A stretch of 64,000 nt of DNA from an uncultured Gammaproteobacteria bacterium (GCA_964592785.1 CAZQHU010000003.1:3901-67900); one strand, 5' to 3'. Shown: positions 1-9,617, counted from the stretch's first letter. Notes: generated by a model from the sequence alone, not told the origin. Program-made: numbers and translations.

Positions 1-3000
1 GACGACAAAGTTTTTCAAAACCAGTAGCATAGACCGATACTCCTCGAGAATTGGTGTAAGCTTTACAACCCAAGGCCGCACCTGGGAAAGCATCACTCGG
101 ATTATCATCACAAGCTAGAGGCACATCATAACCGGCTGAAGTTTTCCAAGAATCTTTGACCCTATATAGGTGATCATCCAAACGAGTAATTTGTATATTA
201 TCAAAGAAATAACTGACTGGTTGTGTTCCTTGAGAAATAACAAAACGTAATTTGGCTACTTGGCTACCATCCCCAGTAAACTGTACTGGACCAAGTTTGT
301 ATTGTTGCCAACCAGTGCCAATACTCACACTAAAATCACCTTGAATATCACTGGAAGTAAAGCGCCCCTGAACTCCATTTTCTTCAAAATAAATATTACT
401 AATCACTGTCTCTGAACTACCTGTGCCTCTGGCCCAAAAACTTATTTCATACCAATCATTCCTTTCCAAAGTATTGGTGGCAAAAACATATTCAAAAGCT
501 CCAGCTTCTCCGGCCACTTGAGCTTGAACGTTCAAAGAATATTGCCCGACGACGATCGATTCGGGGCGAACTCTAAGATTTACATTATCAGTGAGACTAG
601 ACCAACCCTCCATGGCCTCATTGAGAGCATCGCTAGAAGTACCGGTCGGTTCAAAAGCAAAAGTTAAAATTTGTTTGATATTATTGCCAGCATTACCAAT
701 ATAGGCGCGACAGCCATTGGCAATGGCTGGACAAGAAGTGGATTCTCCGGTCCGAGAAATAGTCCAATAAACACAAGAACCATTCTCATAAGTTCCCCCG
801 CGATAACAACGGTTACATTCTCCATTTTGCATTACCCCGCCTCTGTTTGAACAAATAGCTGGATCACTAATACTATCATCCACATAAAATTCTGAGACTG
901 TTTTTCGGAGTGGATGACAACTTTGGTCCACAGTCACAGTTTCTTTGAGTAAACGATAATAAACTTGACCTTGGTCATCATAGAGCGCCCGGCAATCTTG
1001 TAGAGCCGCTCCAACCAAAGCTGGGCTTTGGAGCAACAGAGCATAAGCACTGGCATTACAATAAGTATAATTAAACTCCAAAGTTTGTTTATTATCATCC
1101 ACATAAGCTGGTCCCACTGCCAGTTCATTTTGCATTTCTGGGCTAAGACCCAAACCAGGACTTTGTAAATAATTTGCCTCTTCACTATCTACCGGCATCA
1201 AGCGATGAGTTTTCAAAACATAACCTTGATTGGCATCCCCTTCCCAAGAGTAGTAAGTTTTTTGGTTATTAGTTGTCGGTCGTTCACAATAACGAAGATC
1301 AGTATAATATTCCAATCCTTCTCCACCTTTGTTCAATTCATCAATATTGGTAAATTCATCACAACCAGCATACTGTGGTTCACAAGCTCGACCATCCAAA
1401 GGATTGAAATACATTGGGAAAACCACTGGAGAAAAGTTGGTTTTTTCTTGTTTATAAGTATCATAACCAACACATTCTTGACTGCAACTATTCTCTCCCA
1501 CTATGCCAGGTATTGTCACTCCGCCAGCAGTTGGCCGATAATTTTCACAACCCACTTCATCGGCCAAACAGACCTGAGCAAAATTTTTACATTCTGCCGG
1601 ACGATCGGCCAAAGATGCCAGCTCGACTGTGGTCCCTGGCCAATCTATTTCATCATCGGTCAAGTCTATATCATAACAACCCAAATAATCCGGGGCCCGA
1701 CGTAAATATACATCACCTGCTAGTTGTCCATCGTCAGTAATGCCACTAAATAAACTACAACCATCAGCACCCGAAGAACAAGTGTAGTTCTTGACTTTGT
1801 CATTCAAAAATAAAACTTGCGTACGACCCAACTCTTTGCGATCTTGCCAATCAGGATCGTCATCTATTTGTTCGCTATTTATCCATTGACCATTATTTTT
1901 TTCCAAAGAATAAGCCCGACAACCCACTGACTCACTATTACAAACTCCATAATCCAGAGTCCTGGCCAAATAAGAAGTCAATCGGCCATTACGATCACTA
2001 AAAGTAGTACAGGTATTATAATAAGGTTCACAACTAGTACCACCAATATCCCAAATATTTTTTTCTTTCAAACAATAACTAAAATAGCCCAGATTTTCAG
2101 GATTTTCTTCTTCTACTATGCGAGTAGAAATATCCACACAAACTTCTTGCCTTTGGGCCGATTCGCTATTTGTAAGAATTGGTCCTACTACTTTGGTCTC
2201 GCAACGAGCTTCAGGACTCTTGATAATCCAGTTGGGGTCAATAAGATGACAAAAGGGATGCGCTGTGCTAGGTTTGGCTTTGTCTGAAACACCATTAACT
2301 GTATCACCCAACCTGCCACTATTATTGGTATCTTCATAATCACAATCATCAAAACCTTGCACCACTTTACCCAAAGTCCAATCCTGTGGATTGTCTGGGC
2401 TGGCTTTCAAAGCTGCCAATTCAAAACCAATCGGCAATACTCGGGCCTTGCGTAATTTTTGTAAATTGGAATAACAATACCCTCGTAAAAAACAACCTGC
2501 AACATCTGTATTATCTGTCACTCGACGTGGCGAAATAAGTGGCCAGTCAGCATGAAGCATCCCATCTGTCAGAGCTTGCGCTATGGTTACCGGTTGATTA
2601 GTGCGAGCTCGTTGCAGAGCATCCTGTAAACCAGTATCAATAACACAATTATTTAATCCAGGATTATCAGGACAAGCGGCAAATTCATCGCTTGGAACAT
2701 AATTTTGTAGCTGTTGTGTAGAAACAGAAGCAATCAAAAATCCAAAAGTTTGTTCAGCTTGTTTGCGATTGTTAGCCACTTGCTGGGAATAAAAATCTAT
2801 CACATTATTACCAGATGAACCGCTTTTGTCACCGCTCAAAAGTCCAGAAGCCCAGCTGGTCAAACTTTTCAAAAGTTGAGAGGTCAAAGTATTGAGAAAA
2901 ACAGAGGCGGCCATTGGTAAAAGTTGTAATGAACCAGAACCATAAACGCCGGCAATCTGGCTGGTGCTTAATTCTGAACTTTGTTTAGAAGAAATTGATT

Positions 3001-3778
3001 CAGTTTCTTTTTTCACCACCTCAGCAGGAGTTTTTATTTTGCCACTAATAAGATCAGTGACAGCTTTAAATCCACCACCCTCAAGCCGAGAAGTATTGGC
3101 CCCGGCAATGGCATTAGCATTTATACGATCGATCCTACCCATAGCCCCAAGAGCAATACCAAAATCACTTTCTTCTATGCGGATGGAGTTGGCAAAAGTT
3201 TGTGATAAAAATTTACTGGCCCCAGCCCCATATCTTTCTTCAAAAGAATCCGCACTCCAAGCATTGGAAAGTTTTTGCCAATTACAAGAAGACTGTGGAC
3301 CGGTGCCGGCTTGTTTTACTGTTGGATCTGAATAAAGATTACGCAAACCTACTTGCAAAAAAGTATTCAAACGAATATCTGGAGTCTGACAAAGATTCAA
3401 ACCAAACTCTGTACCCAACTGTTCAATGGCGCTGGCCGCGCTGTCTAGAGCCACTCCTTTGAAATAAGTGCCAGCATCTTGATCAAAAACTAACGGCTTT
3501 TGACCTTTGGAACCAGAGACTACCGCCATGGCCGCGTCATAAGCCAATTTGCGCATAAAATAAGAAGCTGCTTGAAGCAAGGCTGACAAAGCAGCTGACT
3601 CTAGAGATTTCAAAATCTGGTCAGCCGAAACTTTACCAGTAAAAGCCGCTGTAATCGCCGCATCCATCTGGGCTTGAGCTGGTTTGGCAAAAGCTAAAAT
3701 TCCAAATAACTGAACAAAAATAAAGATCGCTACCATTAGTCCGAAAAATCTTTTTTTTGTCCTAGTAAAATTGAACAT
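1..3778 (-). CDS. Giant secreted cysteine-rich surface protein, over 1259 aa; C-terminus lies beyond the left edge of the window
   Basis: The minus-strand frame starts at ATG 3778 and reads MFNFTRTKKRFFGLMVAIFIFVQLFGILAFAKPAQA-QMDAAITAAF..., a signal peptide with an AQA cleavage site. The codon phase was checked at both ends (triplets starting at plus-strand positions congruent to 2 mod 3) and spot-checked for stops in several stretches. It is missing from the ORF track because there is no stop inside the window. No other long ORF occupies 1-3780. The body is Cys/Gly/Asn/Asp-rich, typical of CPR giant surface proteins. Confidence 0.6.
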   Translation of the reverse strand, partial: MFNFTRTKKRFFGLMVAIFIFVQLFGILAFAKPAQAQMDAAITAAFTGKVSADQILKSLESAALSALLQAASYFMRKLAYDAAMAVVSGSKGQKPLVFDQDAGTYFKGVALDSAASAIEQLGTEFGLNLCQTPDIRLNTFLQVGLRNLYSDPTVKQAGTGPQSSCNWQKLSNAWSADSFEERYGAGASKFLSQTFANSIRIEESDFGIALGAMGRIDRINANAIAGANTSRLEGGGFKAVTDLISGKIKTPAEVVKKETESISSKQSSELSTSQIAGVYGSGSLQLLPMAASVFLNTLTSQLLKSLTSWASGLLSGDKSGSSGNNVIDFYSQQVANNRKQAEQTFGFLIASVSTQQLQNYVPSDEFAACPDNPGLNNCVIDTGLQDALQRARTNQPVTIAQALTDGMLHADWPLISPRRVTDNTDVAGCFLRGYCYSNLQKLRKARVLPIGFELAALKASPDNPQDWTLGKVVQGFDDCDYEDTNNSGRLGDTVNGVSDKAKPSTAHPFCHLIDPNWIIKSPEARCETKVVGPILTNSESAQRQEVCVDISTRIVEEENPENLGYFSYCLKEKNIWDIGGTSCEPYYNTCTTFSDRNGRLTSYLARTLDYGVCNSESVGCRAYSLEKNNGQWINSEQIDDDPDWQDRKELGRTQVLFLNDKVKNYTCSSGADGCSLFSGITDDGQLAGDVYLRRAPDYLGCYDIDLTDDEIDWPGTTVELASLADRPAECKNFAQVCLADEVGCENYRPTAGGVTIPGIVGENSCSQECVGYDTYKQEKTNFSPVVFPMYFNPLDGRACEPQYAGCDEFTNIDELNKGGEGLEYYTDLRYCERPTTNNQKTYYSWEGDANQGYVLKTHRLMPVDSEEANYLQSPGLGLSPEMQNELAVGPAYVDDNKQTLEFNYTYCNASAYALLLQSPALVGAALQDCRALYDDQGQVYYRLLKETVTVDQSCHPLRKTVSEFYVDDSISDPAICSNRGGVMQNGECNRCYRGGTYENGSCVYWTISRTGESTSCPAIANGCRAYIGNAGNNIKQILTFAFEPTGTSSDALNEAMEGWSSLTDNVNLRVRPESIVVGQYSLNVQAQVAGEAGAFEYVFATNTLERNDWYEISFWARGTGSSETVISNIYFEENGVQGRFTSSDIQGDFSVSIGTGWQQYKLGPVQFTGDGSQVAKLRFVISQGTQPVSYFFDNIQITRLDDHLYRVKDSWKTSAGYDVPLACDDNPSDAFPGAALGCKAYTNSRGVSVYATGFEKLCR

Positions 3779-3792
3779 AATTTGCTAATTTT

Positions 3793-4518
3793 TTATTGGG
3801 TTGAACCAGAGGGAGTGGTTTCTTTGAGATAATCCACTCCTGATTCCAAGGCTGAAGCTGAATCCAAAATCTGCTCTCCTCCAACTTGTCCACCGGTTTG
3901 TTCTGACAAAAGTTCACCAACCATTTTCATCAAAGTTTCATCATCAATCTTGCTCAATTCACTTTCAGAAATGCCACCAGAATCAATCAGGAGTTGTCTG
4001 ACCTTGGCTGGATCTGACAAAGTGTACAAAACATTGGAAATATCATCATTTTCTACACCAGTAAGCCCGGCTTGAGACAAGACATCCACTGGAGTTACAA
4101 AACCAGAAGCCACTGGAGAAGTCATAGGTTCCACTGGAAGATTGGGGATAGATTGAGCACTTTCACAAACTTGGCCCTTGGGACAAAGAGGATCAGAACC
4201 AGATGTTATTTCTTCTTTATCACTCATACCATCTGAATCTGAATCTGGTAAATAGGGGCTGGTAAAATAAAAATTTAATTCTTCCCAATCATTCAAGCCA
4301 TCGTGATCAGTATCAATACTTTGCAGACGAGCTTCTTGATTGTCCAAAAGTTCAGACAAACCACTATTGTCCGAAAGATGAATAGCAAAAGGATTATAAA
4401 TAGTATTACGCATCTGTAAGACTCCCAAACTAACCGCCAATAAACCAAAAACTAACAATAAGACAAAACCTGTCTTTTGTGTATTTGTAAGACCGTCTTT
4501 CTTCCGGCTATCAAGCAT
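3793..4518 (-). CDS. Membrane-anchored protein with two Ca-binding-type DxDxDG motifs (DTDHDGLNDWEE, DSDSDGMSDKEE; thrombospondin-3/dockerin-like); probably co-transcribed with the giant protein
   Basis: ORF track. N-terminal TM helix FVLLLVFGLLAVSLGVL. There is a 14-nt gap to the start of the giant ORF on the same strand. Confidence 0.55.
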   Translation of the reverse strand: MLDSRKKDGLTNTQKTGFVLLLVFGLLAVSLGVLQMRNTIYNPFAIHLSDNSGLSELLDNQEARLQSIDTDHDGLNDWEELNFYFTSPYLPDSDSDGMSDKEEITSGSDPLCPKGQVCESAQSIPNLPVEPMTSPVASGFVTPVDVLSQAGLTGVENDDISNVLYTLSDPAKVRQLLIDSGGISESELSKIDDETLMKMVGELLSEQTGGQVGGEQILDSASALESGVDYLKETTPSGSTQ

Positions 4519-4661
4519 AAATAGATAACCAATTATGATCCCATTATAACAAAAAAATCACTTTTGAGCAATTTTTTTGTTAAAACTGGGGATAACATAG
4601 ACTATATTATGACAAAGCTTAAATTTTCAATCACCAATTTCCAATTCTCAATAAATTTTAT

Positions 4662-5549
4662 TCACTTGATTCCCAAGTTTTTCAATTTCTCTATGATTCT
4701 TTTCCAATCATCTACAGCCAATTCTTCAGCCCTGATTTTTTCATTATTCAAAACATCTTTTAAAACATTTTTTACTTTTTCATTCTCAATTTTCAATCCA
4801 ACTGATAAATTTTTATGCAACTGTTTCCTCTTGTTTGCAAATCCAGCTCTCACTACTCTAAAAAACTCCTCATCACTAATCTTTTCCCTCCCCTCGTAGG
4901 GGAGGGAAGGGATGGGTTTTGCTTTATTGTTTTCATGTTTTAATGTTTTAATGTGTAAAATCGCACTATCCACTTTCGGACTGGGCCAAAAATTTCCTCG
5001 TGAAACAATATCCACAATTTTGGGCTCACTATAATATTGAACTGAAACTGCCAGTAAACTCATATCGCCAGGTTTTGAACAAATCCGTTCGGCCACTTCT
5101 TTTTGTACCATAATAGTAATTGATTCTGGTTTATTTTCCAATTCTAAAAGAGCGCGTAAAACATTGGAAGTAATTTGATAAGGAAGATTGGCTACAACTT
5201 TGTAATTTATAATTTGAAATTTGAAATTTGAAATTTGAGTGAGTGCATTTCCCCAAATGATTTCTAAATTTTTTAATTTCTTGATTTCTATTTCTTCTTG
5301 CCAATACTCCCTCAACTTTTTCTCAATTTCAAATGCTACTACTTGCCTCGCCTTTTCTGCCAGGGCAAAAGTAAGCACCCCAAAACCCGGCCCGATCTCG
5401 ATCACTGTATCAGTCTTAGCCACTCCCGCCGCCTCAATCATTTTTTTTATCGGCCAATCTTGAATAAGATAATTTTGACCATACTTCTTGCTGGGAGTAA
5501 GGTCGTATTTACTACAAAGAGATTTGAGGATTGTAGGAGTAAGGGACAT
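4662..5549 (-). CDS. rsmA: 16S rRNA (adenine1518/1519-N6)-dimethyltransferase RsmA/KsgA; contains an in-frame palindromic insert and a 7-nt x4 tandem repeat
   Basis: KsgA-like motifs (GQNYLI, EIGPGFGVLT, NLPY). Confidence 0.85.
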   Translation of the reverse strand: MSLTPTILKSLCSKYDLTPSKKYGQNYLIQDWPIKKMIEAAGVAKTDTVIEIGPGFGVLTFALAEKARQVVAFEIEKKLREYWQEEIEIKKLKNLEIIWGNALTQISNFKFQIINYKVVANLPYQITSNVLRALLELENKPESITIMVQKEVAERICSKPGDMSLLAVSVQYYSEPKIVDIVSRGNFWPSPKVDSAILHIKTLKHENNKAKPIPSLPYEGREKISDEEFFRVVRAGFANKRKQLHKNLSVGLKIENEKVKNVLKDVLNNEKIRAEELAVDDWKRIIEKLKNLGIK

Positions 5550-5658
5550 AGACAGAAAGAATTTGAGATTTTTAATTTAGAATTTAAAAACAATTTATAA
5601 TTTTAAAATTAATTAATTTAAAATTGTTTAAAAATTAAAAATTTTAAATTAAAAATTA

Positions 5659-6828
5659 TTACTCGGTCTTCAGTCCTGCACTCGTGTATCTGTTGGAAGC
5701 ATTCCACAGTAACCACCCGGCATCACTATATTTCTCCACCATATCTATCTGCTCTCTAATGCGTATACCATCTGAATAAATCGCCCCCATGTCAAATGCT
5801 TGAAGCCAAGGACGAACTTTGGCTCTTTTACCTTCAAAAGTTGGCAAACCTTTTTTCATGCCATTTTCAATAATCCGTCCGGCGATTTCAGCTGGGTTAT
5901 CGTGACCTAATGAATTCCAAGCATAGTGTGAAGGATACATCATCGGACAAATAAAATCTGCCGAGTCTACTGCATCTACCAAGCGCTGACCGATACGCAT
6001 ATCATCGGTTCTCTCCATCACATAGCCAAACATATCGAGCGATATCCAGGCTGGTTCGCGATCAAGTTTATGGCGCAGATAAGAATAAAAACGATGCATC
6101 ACTTCTTGACGCGATTCATCACCAATATTATAAACCACCAAACTCATGTTGCCGTCCGAAGGAAAACGCACATAATCAAAATTTATTTCATCAAACCCTA
6201 GACGAATAACTTCTTTGGCAATCGCCACATTATAATTCCAAACTTCCACTCGTGTCGGATCTACCCAAGACAAGCCTTTGTTATCTCGCCACAGACCGCC
6301 ATTTTTTGATTTGATGGCCCACTCAGGTTTTTTATTGGCCAGTAAAGGATCCTGAAAAACAGTCTGACGAGCAATAGTATAAATATTATTTTCATGTAAT
6401 TTTTTCAGTAAAGCTTTCAGATCTCCCAATTGATTGTACTCCGCCCCAAACTCTTCTACCCAAAGCAAATTACTATCATACAAAACCTTGCCAGAATAAT
6501 CCTTGATATCAATGACCACAGCATTCAATTCAGTTTTATTTATAAGATCAATTATTTGCTCCATTTTTTTAGCATTACCGGCTGAATATGCGGTCAAATA
6601 AATCCCTTTGACTGTTTGTAAATTGTTTTTTTCTCGCTTGGGCTGAAGATTGTAGGATGAATTATCTTGAGAAACGATCGCCAACTCTTGCGCTCGTGTA
6701 GTCCCAACCCATTGCCAACCAATCAACAAAAAAGCCATCATTCCGATGATCATTATAAAAATTAAAAATAAACGAGGATGGTTGGACATAAAATTAAAAA
6801 AATAAGAAACTAAGAAACAATTCCTCAA
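5659..6828 (-). CDS. Membrane-anchored putative glycoside hydrolase-like TIM-barrel protein (DUF4015-like)
   Basis: N-terminal TM segment followed by a block resembling DUF4015 (GIYLTAYSAG...VIDIKDYSGK...INFDYVRFPSDG). The family assignment is from memory, not a search. Confidence 0.5.
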   Translation of the reverse strand: MRNCFLVSYFFNFMSNHPRLFLIFIMIIGMMAFLLIGWQWVGTTRAQELAIVSQDNSSYNLQPKREKNNLQTVKGIYLTAYSAGNAKKMEQIIDLINKTELNAVVIDIKDYSGKVLYDSNLLWVEEFGAEYNQLGDLKALLKKLHENNIYTIARQTVFQDPLLANKKPEWAIKSKNGGLWRDNKGLSWVDPTRVEVWNYNVAIAKEVIRLGFDEINFDYVRFPSDGNMSLVVYNIGDESRQEVMHRFYSYLRHKLDREPAWISLDMFGYVMERTDDMRIGQRLVDAVDSADFICPMMYPSHYAWNSLGHDNPAEIAGRIIENGMKKGLPTFEGKRAKVRPWLQAFDMGAIYSDGIRIREQIDMVEKYSDAGWLLWNASNRYTSAGLKTE

Positions 6829-7442
6829 TTTCTCAATTTTTCAATTTCCAATTTTCCTTGCCGTAAAACTTTCAACTCATCATTTACCACACTGACAATA
6901 GTGCTGGGAGGATTGTGGGGCAAAACACCGGCGTCAATAATTGCATCGGGTTGAAATTCTCGGTCTTCATACATCTTGATTAATTCCTGAGAATCATAAA
7001 TATCTCCTGCATCAGCAAGATTGGCCGAAGTTGCCACCACTGGCCTGCCCAGTTGTTCTGAAAGATATTTTGGTATTTCTGCATTCGTAACACGAACTGC
7101 CACTGTCCCATCAGTGCCAACTACTCCTTTTGCCAATTCACTAACTTTTACCTTTTCACTTTTCACTTTTAACTTGCTCACCACTGTCAAAGCTCCGGGC
7201 CACAACTTACTTAACTTCTCCAATTTATCATTCCAAACAAGATATTCTTTTGCCATCTCCACAGTCGGTACCACAACCAAGAGTGGTTTATCTGGTCTCC
7301 GTCCTTTGATTTGAAAAATTTTGTCCACAGCTTTTTGATCACAAGCATCACAACCAAGACCGTATGATGTCTCCGTAGGAAAAATTATTATTTTACCACT
7401 TTGGAGATAATCTAAAGCTTCAGTTTGACTAATAAATTTCAT
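6825..7442 (-). CDS. tsaC: L-threonylcarbamoyladenylate synthase TsaC/YrdC
   Basis: YrdC/Sua5-like sequence (IIIFPTETSYGLGCDA, KGRRPDKPLLVVV). Confidence 0.8.
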   Translation of the reverse strand: MKFISQTEALDYLQSGKIIIFPTETSYGLGCDACDQKAVDKIFQIKGRRPDKPLLVVVPTVEMAKEYLVWNDKLEKLSKLWPGALTVVSKLKVKSEKVKVSELAKGVVGTDGTVAVRVTNAEIPKYLSEQLGRPVVATSANLADAGDIYDSQELIKMYEDREFQPDAIIDAGVLPHNPPSTIVSVVNDELKVLRQGKLEIEKLRN

Positions 7443-7462
7443 AAAACTACATCACTTTTATA

Positions 7463-7858
7463 CTACATCACAAAATCACCTTGTGACAATTTTTCTGCTA
7501 ATTTAATTTCTGACCAAAGCATAGCGCCAATTTCCTCACCCAATTTTATCGCATGTTTGTATTGTTCATTTTTTATCCAGTCTGTATCTAAAGCAAAATA
7601 ATATAAATATCTTGATTCTCCAAGCGAACCATAGGACATTTCATAAAAATTTAACTTAACTTTCGGCCTTCTTCTACAATATCCTTCTACATAATTTAAA
7701 ATAACTGACAATGATGTCCTGCGCAATTGAGAAACTGATGAATACATTTCTTGTTTTGGAAAATCTTCTGTTATTTTGTAAGTATATTTTACAAATTCAT
7801 GCATTAATTTTTTTAATTTATTCTGAAATGGCGTCATCGTTTTTTCAAGCATAATCAT
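7463..7858 (-). CDS. Four-helix-bundle protein of the 23S rRNA intervening-sequence family
   Basis: Typical CPR four-helix-bundle protein. The track ORF 7463..7915 overlaps prfB, so the start was trimmed to the internal Met (MIMLEK...). Confidence 0.6.
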   Translation of the reverse strand: MIMLEKTMTPFQNKLKKLMHEFVKYTYKITEDFPKQEMYSSVSQLRRTSLSVILNYVEGYCRRRPKVKLNFYEMSYGSLGESRYLYYFALDTDWIKNEQYKHAIKLGEEIGAMLWSEIKLAEKLSQGDFVM

Positions 7859-7890
7859 TGTATAATTTAGTGATGTTGTGATGTAATGAC

Positions 7891-9000
7891 TTAGTGATTC
7901 AGTGACTTTCGCCATCTCAAATAACTTTCTACAAACCCATCCAGATCTCCATTCAAAACTCCTTCATCATCAGTCGTTTCGTGATCAGTTCGCAAATCTT
8001 TTACCAAATGATAAGGATGAAGTACATAAGAACGAATCTGGCTCCCCCATTCTGGAGATTTGTATTCACCACGTAATTTTTGTTTTTCCGCTTCTTCTTC
8101 CTCGTCTTTTATTTTTTGTAATTTGGATAATAAAATCTTCATCGCCACTTCTTTATTTTGTTGTTGTGATCTTTCATTTTGGCATTGTACAGTAATACCG
8201 GTCGGCAGATGAACAATCCTCACTGCTGAATAAGTAGTATTCACGGATTGCCCACCCTTGCCACCACTCATAAAAGTGTCTATACGTAAATCTTTGGAAT
8301 CAATCTGAATTGTTTCAGATTCATCAAGCTCTGGAATAACTTCCACTAAAGCAAAAGAAGTATGGCGCATTTTCTCGGCATCAAAAGGTGAAATCCGCAC
8401 CAAACGATGCGTGCCGTGTTCTGATTTCAAATGTCCATACGCATGATCCCCCTCAACCCGAAAAATAATTGATTTAAACCCAGCTTCCTGCCCTCTGGTT
8501 TCATCCAGAATAAAAACTTGCCAGTCCTTTTTTTCACAATAACGAAAATACATACGACTAAGCATCTCTGCCCAATCTTGGGCTTCGGTCCCACCCGAGC
8601 CAGCATGAATCGCGACAATAGCACCGTGATCATCATATTTTTCACTCATCAATGTTGTAAATTCCAACTTTTCAACTTGTTCGCTTGCCAATTCATATTG
8701 TTTCTCAATCTCTTCCCGTAAATTTACATCCTTGTCTGCCTCATCAAATCTCGCCATTTCTAATAAATCATTTATTTGTTGAGACAATTTTAACCAATTA
8801 TTTTGTTCACTTTGTAAATAACTAAGTTGCTTGCTTATCTTGGCTGCATTTTCTTGATCATTCCAAAAATCAGGAATATTCATTTTTTCTTCCAAATTTT
8901 TTATTTCTTGCTTTTTTTGTTCCAATTTTAACATCACTTGTAAATCTACAAGTTTTTTATTTAACCTTTCCAAAGATTGAACAAGTTCATGCATTTCCAT
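7891..9000 (-). CDS. prfB: Peptide chain release factor 2
   Basis: SPF and GGQ motifs (RISPFDAEK; [12 protein letters not shown]). The ORF is continuous, with no programmed +1 frameshift. Confidence 0.9.
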   Translation of the reverse strand: MEMHELVQSLERLNKKLVDLQVMLKLEQKKQEIKNLEEKMNIPDFWNDQENAAKISKQLSYLQSEQNNWLKLSQQINDLLEMARFDEADKDVNLREEIEKQYELASEQVEKLEFTTLMSEKYDDHGAIVAIHAGSGGTEAQDWAEMLSRMYFRYCEKKDWQVFILDETRGQEAGFKSIIFRVEGDHAYGHLKSEHGTHRLVRISPFDAEKMRHTSFALVEVIPELDESETIQIDSKDLRIDTFMSGGKGGQSVNTTYSAVRIVHLPTGITVQCQNERSQQQNKEVAMKILLSKLQKIKDEEEEAEKQKLRGEYKSPEWGSQIRSYVLHPYHLVKDLRTDHETTDDEGVLNGDLDGFVESYLRWRKSLNH

Positions 9001-9007
9001 AATAAAT

Positions 9008-9367
9008 CTACAAATTTATCTTCCCAGCATACTGACCAATCCAAGGTAATTCTTTCATTTGTCCTTGAGCAGCATTGACAATACCTACAATCATGAGAAC
9101 CAGACAGGCGATATTACCCACAAAGCCGGCTATCCAACCAAGAACAGGAACAATCATCACAGCATTTACTATTACCCAAGCGATGAGTAATACCAAACCT
9201 TGTTTACCATGATATTGGGCATATTGACTATCTTTTTTGAGAAGCAATGGGATCAAACAAAGAATACCCAGATAACTAATCATTGCCAAAATTTTATTTT
9301 CTTGAATATCCTGAGGTCCTGATTTAACTTGAACTGGCTGGACAGGTTGATTTGACTGTTGATCCAT
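9008..9367 (-). CDS. Small integral membrane protein, 3 TM (DUF4870-like)
   Basis: ORF track; hydrophobic profile. Confidence 0.5.
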   Translation of the reverse strand: MDQQSNQPVQPVQVKSGPQDIQENKILAMISYLGILCLIPLLLKKDSQYAQYHGKQGLVLLIAWVIVNAVMIVPVLGWIAGFVGNIACLVLMIVGIVNAAQGQMKELPWIGQYAGKINL

Positions 9368-9423
9368 ATATTTTTCTTAAAAATTAAATTTATCTAACTA
9401 TATTTTAGCTTATTTTAAGAATA

Positions 9424-9452
9424 TTGACAACAAAACTATTCTATGTTAGCAT
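9424..9452 (+). promoter_or_regulatory. Sigma70-type promoter (TTGACA-17-TAGCAT) of GC-rich cassette a
   Basis: TTGACA at 9424-9429 followed by a 17-nt spacer. Confidence 0.4.
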
Positions 9453-9479
9453 AAAAATGCCTAAGAGAAGGAGTCCCAC

Positions 9480-9617
9480 ATGTTCTGGAAGGAAAGGCTC
9501 CTGGATTTCAAGGACTGGCTTCGAAGGATTTTCCGTCGAAGCGCCAAGATCGAGGTGGGGTTTGACTCCACCATGTTCCCTCCCCCCGGACACTCCCAGC
9601 CCACCAAGAAATCCTGA
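9480..9617 (+). CDS. GC-rich small ORF of 45 aa (cassette a); frame chosen by its Shine-Dalgarno site
   Basis: GAAGGAG sits 6 nt upstream of ATG 9480. The region is about 58% GC in an AT-rich genome. The motif tccgttcttt follows the TGA stop. The alternative 70-aa frame from ATG 9457 has no SD and a Pro/Ser-rich product. Confidence 0.4.
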   Translation: MFWKERLLDFKDWLRRIFRRSAKIEVGFDSTMFPPPGHSQPTKKS

